In this document: piece by piece, positions 46,434 to 57,700 of the stretch
How the letters are laid out: each line of letters starts with the position of its first letter
Position numbering within the stretch: position 1 is the first letter of the stretch
Origin: Eutreptiella sp. 'Long Island Sound 2002'
Taxonomy: Eukaryota; Protista; Euglenida
NCBI GenBank assembly: GCA_964036045.1
Contig: OZ038379.1
Coordinates: forward strand, 3,906,001-3,970,000
Direction: 5' to 3'
Length of the DNA: 64,000 nt
Notes under the pieces: model-generated
Database searches by the model: none
What the model was told of the DNA's origin: nothing
The model's input: the letters and a program-made list of their open reading frames with translations, nothing else
Translations under genes and position numbers: made by a program

Positions 46434-49400
46434 ATGAGCCACGAGGAGCCGGATATTGTTTATGAGACATTTGCATTATGCCCTTATTGTACCTTTGCAC
46501 AAGGAAAGCCTCCAAAGTGGATGGTGGCGAAGGTAAGCCGTGCCGTGGACGGTTCCCACAGTTGAGCTTTCAAGTTTATCACGTCGGTTGCGCTTTACGT
46601 TCCCAAGGTACATACCTAAGGGTGGGTAGTTAAATTGATTTTCACTAAGTTACCAACACGTTTCGCGACCCCTTCTTTCAGGTGTTAGTTGAGAACGCAC
46701 GAGTTTATGTACAAACCGAGTGCCCGCACCACGGGAGAAGGAGAACATTGTATGCCAACAACGCTGAGTTCTTCAAAAGATCACTTCGCTTTGACCCACA
46801 ATTCACTTCCGGCGAAAACACTCCAAAATCTCCCACCGTTGGCGGCCTCCCAAAGAACATGGATAAATCGGGGAGTGATAGAGTTAGTAAGTATGACACC
46901 TTCGATGATGGCGAAAATTGGGCGCTTGAACGGTCCCGTTGTATTTGAAATCTCGGAACCATCCTTGGTGCATCGATCCTCTTTGTCCCTAGAATTGCAG
47001 ACATTGAAGAATTGGTGGGCAAAATGCAGTTTCATTCGGATGATGATCCCCTACCTTTGATTTGTTCGATAGATTTATTTCAACTAGGGGCGTATGTGGA
47101 TGACAACGTTGTCTTGGAGAAAGTGCACTCCTATGTTGCACATTATCAACACCAACAAGGGAGCAATTTCTTTTTAAAGGTGTGAATGCGACAAAACGAT
47201 CACAAAACCAAAGGGCTTGAACAATCGCGACTCGAGTCGTTTGATGGTTTCCTCACTCGATGGTACGCCACGTGGACGATACGTTCCTAAATCTCTTTTC
47301 CACATTTGCTATTGCAGCTGACGGCCATGCTTTCACCCAATACTTCCGTATTGAACGCAAAAATACGGCTAGTTTTATCCCAAGTCCCTCCGAATTGTAT
47401 GGTGTTGGTAGAAAGCAGCACAGATAGATTGGTGGCTCTTGTGAATCACCCGGAGTCCGTGTTGCTAAATTCAAAAGTGTTTCCTATTGTCAAGATGTAC
47501 GTGAAAGCCGGAAACGAAGAGGACGCAGAAGATGAGTTGTTGCGATATTGTAAAGGTTTGTTCATGGAGCAAGGTTTGGGATCGTGATGTTTGTGCTTCG
47601 GTGTCTCCTGCAACCCGCATGAGACGAGGGTGGGTCGCATAGCTATTATAGTCATTACCTCATCCTTTGGGAGGGTTTGGGGGTGCGGAACGAGGGGGGG
47701 GGGGGGGGCGCTCAATACTCCTCCACCGAATGACCATCCACCTTCACGAGGAAGGACACGGAGGTGGGCTACTAAAGGTGGGAACAGCGGGATTGAAAGG
47801 CGCGGTGAGTTGGGTGGGCTGATGTGTTGTGCTCCGGGTTTGGGAGGAATATTCACGGCGGTAGGGTGGGTAGCAATATGGCACCTTTATTTCGCGTGGC
47901 TATATTCCCTAGCATGTGCACCTTGTTATCAATTCCGCCGCTATCCCGCTCATTATTCCCATGCTGGGTCGCACAAAGTGGACCTCGCCTTGTCGTACGC
48001 AACCATTATCCGTTGCCCATTTCCCAGGCTTGACAAATATCAATGAGATTAGCACGGTTGTGAATCTCTTTATATCACCACCGCTCCCGAATTTGGCGAG
48101 ACTACTAACCATCGTGCGACAAAGACCAGGTATTCATGTTTGTAATGTGGCTAGGGGTGATACATGTGCACCCGATGATACCAGCGAGCGGAGGGGAGAG
48201 TTGGCAACAACTTGGGCTTGTTAGGTCTAGATTGAGAATGCCACGTGGTATATCCATGTAAAATGCAACCGGAATTCTCCCCTTGCCCCCTCTACGGGTT
48301 GAGAGCCCTTGCCCACATGGATTTGTCCCCTCCCTCTACGGGTTGAGGCGTACAATCTAGGCTAGTCGGGGTGACCCGTCGAGACTCTTGTTTGTAATCT
48401 GTGAGCGAGAATAGCGAGAATACCCAAGGCGGCCCTCAACCTATAGCCATGGTTCAAAAGGGCAAGACGGCACACTGGTATGTATCCGAGGATCTAGCTT
48501 TTGAGACTCCTAAATGGCCCTGCCAAGTTCGGGTTTCGGCGCAAACTTCGACACGAGCAACCGATGTTGCCGGCTAGAGGGGTCACCAAGACGAGGGGCC
48601 CCCCATGCTTTATTGCAGGCATTATTCGTGTCCTCGTTCTCAATCAAGAGCAGCCAACCAATTCGTTGATTCAACTCATTTCTGGGAGCTCCAAATCTCA
48701 AGAATCAAGACAACCCATGGATGGCTTTGAATTGCTCTCCAAGTTGGAAGAGGATACCAATGGCTTTCTCTCTGCACACGATTTCGTTCCGGCGAGGTGC
48801 GGCCTTGCCCCAATACATACATACATACATACGTGCATACGTACGTACATGCATAGTTGTGATGTGCCATGGGCCGCACAAGACAATCAAGTTGGTTTCA
48901 TGAGCCCAACAACGTAAGTCTACGTTACAATACGTTACAATTCATTTCCCTTCTGTTTGGCCCCCTATTGCGTCTTTTCCCCCGGTGAGCCCAAAGCCCA
49001 AGGGGTGGTGCTGGTATTTTTGTTGTGCTCTATTTTGCATGAATACAAATCTACACACATTTGGTATAGATAACACGATTTCACAGTGTGGGCAGCCAGT
49101 AGGAGTTCAACAAGTTTCCATGCACTTCCGCATTTTCAAGGGTGTCCATGTTGGCCATTTTGTTTGTCTCTAGTGTTCGTTTCTTTCTTGTTCGCATCGC
49201 AAGGACATCCTTTTTCTTCATCCCAAGCCGCTTGACCCTCCTACTGTGCAGACATGGTGCATGCCAAAGTAGATAGATTCCCTCAACTGCCCTCCCGCTT
49301 GGCTTTGAGAATACTATCCGAGTTGGACACAGTGCAACACGAGGGCATCGTTTGGACCTGTCTCCGCAATAACGAGCCTTGGTGTGCGCCTTCTATGCGT

Positions 49401-52400
49401 TGCAACTGTTGGGGAGTTGCTACATGGTGCGCAGCGTGCAAAGTTGCTCGTGGTGCATCGGGCCCCCAAGACTTACAATTTTGGATGCAAGTCATTGGGC
49501 TGAGTGGTGTGGTGTTAGTGTGAATTGTGGTTTCTGGTTATTGTTTCCCATTGTTTGCCTCGCACATAGTAGCGGGGAGTGTCAAAATGGCCTCATGAAG
49601 TTTCGAGGTCCCCAAGGCCGCAGGAACCACAAAAACGGGCTGTGTAATCCCTGCCAATTGTGGTTCCAATGCGGGGTGGAGCTTGCAAGATATAACATGT
49701 GCTGAAGTGGGTCTGCAAAGCATGTCCCAACAATGGTTGCATGACCCCGACCCTCCCCCTGCATCAGTGTTGTTTGATTCGTTGTCGTTTTCGTCGTTAT
49801 TGGCACCGGTCTTTTTTCCTGCTTGTGTCCCACAGTCTTTTGGTCCAGCGGTAACTCCGCTTTGTGGGAGCTTTGTGGGACGCGCTTAGCATAGTAAAAC
49901 TCGCTTCTCCGCCCAAGACACGAGTGGGATGTCTCTTCTAGGACCCCCTTTGAAGCCCCTTGACTTCTACTGCATCTTTGCTCCCGCTTGACCACCGTGG
50001 CAATGGCGGGCACCTAAAGTCCCCTAGGTGTGGTCCATCTCTAGTTTCTGCTCACCCATGTCCGGATCACAGTGTTTGTGCCCTGTTGGAGCCCTTCATC
50101 GAGCTGCTCGGATTTGGCAGATTTAGCATCCGTCCTTCGCCGCTTTGTGGGCATTTAACATGCTTCGTCAATTCGGAGAAGTACACAAGCACTCCTCTCA
50201 GGTTATTGCATCGTCGCCCTCTGTGCTGTCACCCCGGGCCTGTGTTTGAAGGGGGTTATTGTCAGTTCCCCCCTCCACACCCCATTGCCCTCCAACCATT
50301 TTGCAATCGTCAGCATGGCCACAGGGACCGCTTTGGCGCGCTCTTGAAACCTCTTTTCAGGCTCCCTCCCGCTCAAGCGCAGCAAATGGGCGCCTCATCT
50401 TGTGGATTGGTGTCCTGCCATGTCGCAGTCGTCTTATGATGAAGTGCACCGCACCAACCCCTCCACAATTCCCAAACCACTCAAAACAAGCGTCATGAAG
50501 CATGTGCCCTGCTTTTGGGACCCAAAAGAAAAACAGACACACCCCTTGGGTTTTTTTGAAACAGTCCCAGCACTCAGGGTGATGCGCAAGCGTGGGCCGC
50601 TTTGGAGGGTGATGCGCAAGCGTGGGCCGCTTTCGAACAATCCCACCAGACAAAGTCACGACTATGGTCAATGCGCAGAGCCCCCGTAATCAGAGGTTGC
50701 AATGGGTGCCTAGCGCAAGTTGTGTTTCCTCCAATGCAGGGTGCTCCAACTCGCTCCTCTTGAGGTAGCGCACGTGGTTCGTGGTGGTTCGTGGTGGTTC
50801 ATGGTGGTTCGTGGTGGTTCGTGGTGGTTCGTGGTGGTGCGTGGTGGTTCGTGGTGGTTCGTGGTGGTTCGTGGTGGTTTGTGGTGGTTCGTGGTCGTCC
50901 CTGTAGCCCAAAGGGTGACGTATGAGTGCTGGTCTCTTGGGGCGTGGCCTTGAACAATGGGAGTGCTTTCCCTGCAGCACCTGCGGTGCACCCTGCGGCG
51001 TGCCCTGCGGCGCACAGTTTGGGTAATTATACCAGAATCGAGGCGGAATAGTGCCGCATACATACCACATTTGTTACATACCGTTTACCCCCCCACACAC
51101 ACCACGTTTTTCTCCTGTTTGATTGTACATTCCCCTTTTTGGGCCTCTATCTTTCACAAACGGTGCATTTGATTCCGTATGATGTTGATCCGTGATGGGC
51201 ACTCTTTCATTCGAGGCCTTGGAGAGCATCTGTTTGCCCAATTGTACAATTGGGCTGTGTGCCGCGAGCCGTGCACCAAGTTGGGGATGAACGGGGAGGA
51301 GCGCATCCTATGACTCCATTGGATGGTCCATGCTGTGAACAGCATTTCATCAACAAGTGCAACGTCAAGTACAAGCCGTATGGTCCATGGGGTCCTTTTC
51401 TTGGACATTGTACACTAAAGCTAATTACCCTTTCCCTGTGGCGCCTGCGGCGCGCCGGAAGCATTCCCAATGGGTCAAGGGGGTGTTGGGGCATGGGGTG
51501 GGTGAGGGGGGGATTGGGTCAGGGGGGGGGGGGGGGACGTTGGATCATGGGGTTTGGTTTTATTCAGTTTGCTTGCAGCGCACGGTTCTGGCGGCATCAC
51601 CCTCCTCTGTTGGCATGCAGTATTCCACACACAAAGGTTGGTTGGGGTGGGGATCCTGGTCCCAGTCTACCAACACTTGGCTTCAACCCGTTCTTGGGGT
51701 TTGGTTAATGGCCCGCTGCAGCGCTGAATGCAGACCCTCTTGCATATGATCCCGGTGAACTGCCTAGTCCCCTGCCGGGGAGGACCCATGTAAGACCGCA
51801 CATAACACGACACACTCTTCGGTTTCACAGCCACTAACACTGGAGGCGGCATGGGTGCCAAAAGGATTGCTCCAGGCTGGGCTGCTGTCCAGCTTTCCAT
51901 CCGCCTATTGAACATTGCCTGGTATGTATCCAACTGCTTTGGATGCCACCAACCCCGTCAGAATTGAGACGCGCCGTCCTGCTGTTTTGCTCCACCGTTT
52001 GGTCAGGGATTTGTTCTGGCCAACCCGATGCTGCCAGAACCCCCACAACGCTTTGTCGCCACGACAAAGTGTCGGCACCGTCCCTCACACATGATCTCTA
52101 GCCAGCTTTGCCAGCAGGCCACCCTCAGCCGAAACCCCTTCACATTTTTTTCTGTTGCTCTTTGCAGTCGACTGGTGGACGTCGAAAAGTTGTACCAACG
52201 GATGCTGCCGCTCGTGGCTCAGATAAATGCAGACAAAAAGGGCATCACATTATCAATGGGCCAGAAGGTCAAGAGTGTGGTGCAATCCTGCTTGAAGCCT
52301 GGTGTGGAATTGCCGAGCAATCTCGTTTCACTACAGATCAAGGGAGGCCGTCCTGTGGCAGCATTCAATGACTCCGGAGTGTATGATGCCCAGTTCATTG

Positions 52401-52597
52401 TCATACACAGTCTCATGGATGTTGGTCTGGTAGACCTGAAGCGCAGGGCAAGATGCTGCATGTGCTCGTGCAATTTAGCCTCCACTCTCGACAGCAGTGA
52501 TGAAAACAGGAAACGGTGGGCAACGGCGAAGGCGTTCGGGTGCTCTGCAAACAGCAAAGTCCAGTTTGTCGCGGACTGCACTCTGGGGTGCGTGTGA
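46434..52597 (+). CDS. Tes/GDGT-MAS (MJ0619)-family radical-SAM-fold protein lacking the CxxxCxxC motif, join(46434..46532,46682..46886,47001..47179,47318..47555,48028..48129,48619..48796,50073..50201,52168..52597), 519 aa
   Basis: All seven introns are GT-AG with matching phases (0,1,0,1,1,2,2); 1560 nt = 520 codons with no internal stop. Colinear family motifs: ETFALCPYC, RVYVQTECPHHG, LEEDTNGFLSAHDFVP, PLCG, TPLSRLVDVE, HSLMDVGLVDLKRRARCC, ADCT. Family assignment is from recalled motifs. Confidence 0.82.
50774..50893. repeat. 10-bp-unit minisatellite (GTGGTGGTTC)n in intron 7 of the Tes-like gene
   Basis: About 12 units read directly. Confidence 0.92.
51357..51395 (+). pseudogene. Tiny remnant of the Harbinger-family transposase tail
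   Basis: caacgtcaagtacaagccgtatggtccatggg resembles caagaggcaagtacggtataagccttatggtccatggg at ~28208-28245 (RQV-YKPYGPW). Confidence 0.45.
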
Positions 52598-54281
52598 TGC
52601 AATGCAGTGACCAGACACCCACGACAAGCCCCTGCACATTCTCCCCATGGTCCAGGAGACGTCCGTCGTGTCTAGCTTCTCCATGCATGTGGACTGACAA
52701 TGACTAACCAGATAAAGCACAGCAATTGTCCCGGCTGTTCCAGCCTCATACAGCCGGGAGTGTCGGCACGAAGTCACTCCCCCGCCACCCACCCGCCAGC
52801 CCCCCTTTGTACCCCTGGTACCTCCCCCCTGCACCTCCCATGGCACTGGGGGGCGATTTCGTGCTGTATATCACAGCCGGTAGTCGGGTTTGCGGGAAAG
52901 GACACTCACGGTGCAGGCCAATTGCAAGGGGTTTCGGGGGGGTGCCCGATGCGTTCACCAGTGAAGCATTTTGGCACATGGCAGTCTTTGGGGCGCCGAC
53001 CCTATGGTCGTGGAGTCACACCTCACGGCCTGGGACATGCCGGCCAACAGCGTGGTTGAGCCAGAGATGCCATCAGCCCTCTGCACCGACAGGACGCAGT
53101 CGGGTGGCCTTTCAGCAGCTGCGCTGGGTGGACAGGGGCACAGCACAGCACAGTACAGCACTGCATGGCACGGCATGGCATGGCATGGCACGACACGGTG
53201 TTCACAGTGCAGTCGAAGGGGACCTGGGATGCGATTCTTCACCGGAGGCTCAACGTAGGGCGGGGGGAGGGGGGGGCAGGGCGGACGCTTGTGAGACACA
53301 GCGTCCAAACCATTGGTGGTCACTGCACACGACCAACCAGGGGGTGGACTCACACGAGTCCCTAGCTCCGAGGCGTGGACAGCCCGGAGTGAAGTCCTCA
53401 AACGGGGAGCCCCTCAGCAGCCCAGAAAGCAAAAGAGCAACAATGCACCACATTCACCCCAGAACAACCCCAACAAACACCAGTGACAGGTCAGTTTGTA
53501 GATTTGGAGACATGTGCAAAAGTGCCCGGTGCCCCTGGTACCACCCAACTGCAAGTGGGACAACCCGACAGCCACAAGGGGATGCAAGGAGCGACACGCT
53601 GCCCCCCCGGCGCCGCACACCAATAGCAATGAGCGTGCCAGCAGAAAAAGAAAGAGGCCAAAATTGGGAGGAACGCAAGCAGCAAAGCAAGTGGGCACAG
53701 GGCCGCCCCATACACGGCAGTGAGACGAGCCCCAACAGGACACACAACAATACACAAGGGAACCATGAGGTGCGAGCACTGCAGCAACCACCAAATGCGG
53801 CGCACGCCAAGAGAGCCATCAGCAAACACCCCCCCCCTCCCTCTACAAGGTGCCCACGTACTCCACAAGGGCGGGAACTGTGCCCCGCGCGCTGGGAGGT
53901 GCCCGCCACGGGGGTGGCAACAGGGCCGTGACCAGCCAACTGCGCACGGGACAGTCCACGTGGTACCGAGATGTGAAACCCTCGTACCGGGGGGCAGGCG
54001 GGTGGGACAGGAGGGGGTGCGCGAAAGGGGCACCCAGGAGCGCCAACAGACAGGGGGAGGAGCAACACAGATACACAGAACGCGGGAGCCACACCAGGAG
54101 GGACAAGGGCGAGCACAGCAAACAAGGAGGAGGGGCACAGCAAGGCAGGAGAGGCAACCAGAGCAGCGGGAACAAGGAACCAGAATGGAGCGGATGGCAG
54201 AGCGTGCGCATGGGAGGCAGCGACAATAAAGGGGATGGCTTGGCCAGCCAGCCCTGTCGCTACTGGGTGCCAGGGTTACCC

Positions 54282-54763
54282 CTGCTCAACCGGCATCAGG
54301 TGGTGGGTGTCTCCCGCAGCCCAGATGGGCTGTTTGCACAACAGGAGCGGGAGCCCATCAGGGGCAGACCAGCCGTGAGGGGGAAAAGGACATATGGTGG
54401 ATGGCCGGGACAGCGCGTGGAGAAACAGGGCACCTGGGCCTCACGCACACAGAAACACAGCGAGGCAGGCTACGGACGGCCTGTGGACAGAGGCGCATGG
54501 ACAGCAAAAACAGTCAAACGACCACGGCAACAACCAGCACATCCTCAATACGCTAATCATTGGGCGCCGCTGACGCGCAAACGGCACACCATGCCACATT
54601 CAGCACAGCCCCAACACACCAACTACTGGGCTCCGCGAACGTGGAAACGACACCAGCAAGAGCAACGGCCGCAGCGGCCAACAGAAAGGAGAAGGGAAGA
54701 ACGGGTGACTGTCCAGGGCCGCGTAAAGATGCAACAACCAGACGGAATGTCACACAGGGGGGG
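54282..54763. mobile_element. ~480-bp interspersed repeat, copy 2 (same family as 6708-7203)
   Basis: Colinear high similarity with small indels: a 4-nt insertion near 54440 and a deletion near 54690. Confidence 0.85.
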
Positions 54764-57700
54764 CAGGGCGGTTGCAGGACAGGTTCCATGAAGATGTGCC
54801 CTTTGCAGCTTCCACGACACAAGTGCTCCAAAGGTTGCATGGATTGACCAACATGTCCTCTTTTGACATGTCCATCCTCGTGTGGTGTGAGGTCCAAGTC
54901 CCACAGATGGTTGACACTCCCCACCCACAAAGAGCAGCAGGTACGGGGGCGCACCTCTTGTGGTTGGCCTTGGGAAGGCCGATCTCTTCAATATTCTACA
55001 CCTGTTGTGAGTGGTGCATTTTGGGTTGCTGTGGGGTGATGATGGTTTCACAAGGATGCACATGGAATTTGACTTGGTGGCAGCGCTGCCACAGATGTGC
55101 CAAGCTCGCATTGCAGTTCAACAGATTGTAGGCCTGCCAAGGATGGGAGGTTCAATCTGGGCACCGAGCGGTGCCCAGATGGCCCAGATGGCATCCCCAC
55201 TTGGCACGAATGGGTTGTTGCCATCACTCCATCACCTTTCCCCTGCGCTGTCCTGCTTTTCTGGTTCCGAGCTGTACATAGCAACCGGACCTGGGCAACA
55301 TTCGGGTGGTTATGCTTCTGTCCCTTCCATTGATTGAATCGTCTACCGAGCCTGGTCAAGTGGCATTTCCCCCTCCTCCCTCACCTTGCCCTGCAAGGTT
55401 CGGACTGACTGCATTGTTCCTCACCTCTGTTCATTTTGCTGTTCAGTTGGCTGACCTCCACGTTGGCACATGCCCCGTCTGTCCTCCTGCCTGGATGGAT
55501 CGCAAGGTGGTTGCAGGACTGGAGGTAGCAGGCTAACAAGCAATTGCGAACCGCATATGTGCAACCACATCTGCCCACCAAGTCTGCAATCTGGACAACC
55601 AAACCTTCTGCCTTGTTGCATGACGTCCCAGAGTGATCAGTGCTCACAGCTGCTGTGGATTGGACAAAGACAAATGCAGATGTTCAACAAAAACTGCCCA
55701 TGTTACTGCAATTCACACTGGATGTTCCTGGGAGCTGGCAAGCCTGAGAAAGGGGGCATTGGGTGTGCTCATCCATGAAGTCACCATAAGAACATACTAA
55801 GTGTTGTGCAGTACGTAAGCTATGGTCCTGTCTGCAACAGGTGTACGGCCACATGAATTGCCAAAGTTTCTGGGCCTTGAACAAAGCTGGCACAAACCTC
55901 CTTACGCCAACTGTGTGGCTGCTACAATACCCAGAGGAAATTTTTTTCGCATTGGCTTTGCGATAGCTGAGACAAAATTGAGGCAGAGCACTGCGAGCAT
56001 CTTTAGCATTTTGAGGAGGTATACTAGGTCTTTGTTTCGAAAAGATTGTTTCACGTACAGCATTCTGCCCTCGTTTGTCCGTTCTTTATGTCAGTCCGTG
56101 GGAGTCCAGGTTTTGGCTGTAGCTGCATATTGTTTCTCTTGCTAGCCCATCCCCTTTTCCTTGGGCGAACGGTAGCTCACACTCCTATCCAGCCCCATCT
56201 GGACAGCTGTGTTGGACCTTTTGGCATGCCATGTCTGGTTTCAATTTGCCGATTTGTTTTGGCAAGGGTGCACAGAGAGCTACAAGTGCCACCTGCGGGA
56301 ACCCTTGTGAGATTTCCACTGATGATCGATGGGCAGTGGTGGTGCAAAGCAGCAGGTTAAGAAATGCAGGCGCACTGGATGTCATGTGGCTGCAAGAAGA
56401 AAATTGGCCATAGTGGATCCCACACCTTGGAGGCTTTGCTTTCTATGGACAAAATCTTCTCCTAGATGCGACAAAGTATTGAAGCAATGAAGTCTAACAT
56501 TGGTGCCACAGTGACACCACCAACACAACCCTCTGCCCCCGGCAAACATAGACAATTTTTTTTGCCATGTATGAGCTTGATGTAGAGGACACAGGCCTTA
56601 TGCGCGGCGTAAACGAACGTCCCAACATACCTCAACAAATAGCAGCAGAGGCCGGGGACAACACAACCATCAGTTGGTACATAGCTCTATTGACACAATG
56701 GACATGCATGTGCAAATTTGTGTGCCCTTGATGATTGATGGAAGGCTGCCAAGATCCTCCGAAAGGAATGGCTACCCGGCCCTTTGGCGCCGGCACTTGG
56801 TTGCAACCAACAAACTGGATATTGCGTTGAGAGGCATGTCGTTCACACACCAAAATGTGTTGGACTGTACAAATACTAATAGTAGCCATGAAGTTAACAT
56901 GACTACCACGAACAACCTTCCGGTGCTACTGATGATGCCGTTGACCCATGAGTTCCTTTGGGTATTAGTGTTTGCCCCATTCTCCAACCTTGTGGGGGCA
57001 CGCAGAATATCGCTAGCATCCGTGTCAGGTCGCTTCCTGCCATGGTGAGGATTGAGTGGCTTCTTGTGGACCAAGTGGGGCTCTTGCATCAAGGGATCCT
57101 GCGATCTTTGAGTGAACTGTGGACCTGGAACAAGCCTGCTATTAGTGCTAATAGTGGGTGTGCGGCAGGGCGCCTGTGGCCTTTGCTACTCCAATTGCTT
57201 TCTTCTCCACTGACGTTAACTTGCTTCCTGTGTACCAAGTGGAGTTCATGCATCATGGGATCATATGGTTATGGGGTGAATTGTAGATGGGGAATAACCC
57301 TGTGCATGCATATGCCGTGGGGTGTCTAGCTCCTATGTTGTTGATGCTCTCGTTGCTTTCTTCCCCACTGACGTTTGACTTGCTTGATGGACAAGCCCTC
57401 GGTTGGCTGCTTCTAGACTATTGCTTCTTGCTTTTTTGGGGGCCTTGCACTGTGCAAACTCGATTGTCTACCGCCCCTCATGCACTTCCACTATCTGATC
57501 AATCCCTATGCTGAAGGCATCACCCTCTGCACCAACACCTATAGTCCATAACTAGGGGCTTGGAAGCATCCCAGCATCATGCTAGTGACCACTCGAGGTC
57601 GAAAGCTCTTTGCCCTCAACTTTTCAAAGAGCCTACTTGGCATCACACCCGCTAGAACAATTGGGGGACATGCAGATGTATGTACTGGCCCGCGTGTGAC

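Noticed and set aside
47070-47100. Apparent frameshift in exon 3 of the Tes-like gene
   Set aside because: A recount shows the frame is continuous (ATA GAT TTA TTT CAA CTA GGG GCG TAT).
49245-49523. ORF 49254-49523 as an extra Tes-like exon
   Set aside because: Phase-incompatible with the donor at 48797. The 48796/50073 join already restores the family motif DFVP-S-V...PLCG.
52726-54791. 401-aa, 313-aa and 229-aa ORFs
   Set aside because: Low-complexity translations of purine-rich repeat DNA and the 480-bp element; no domain motifs.
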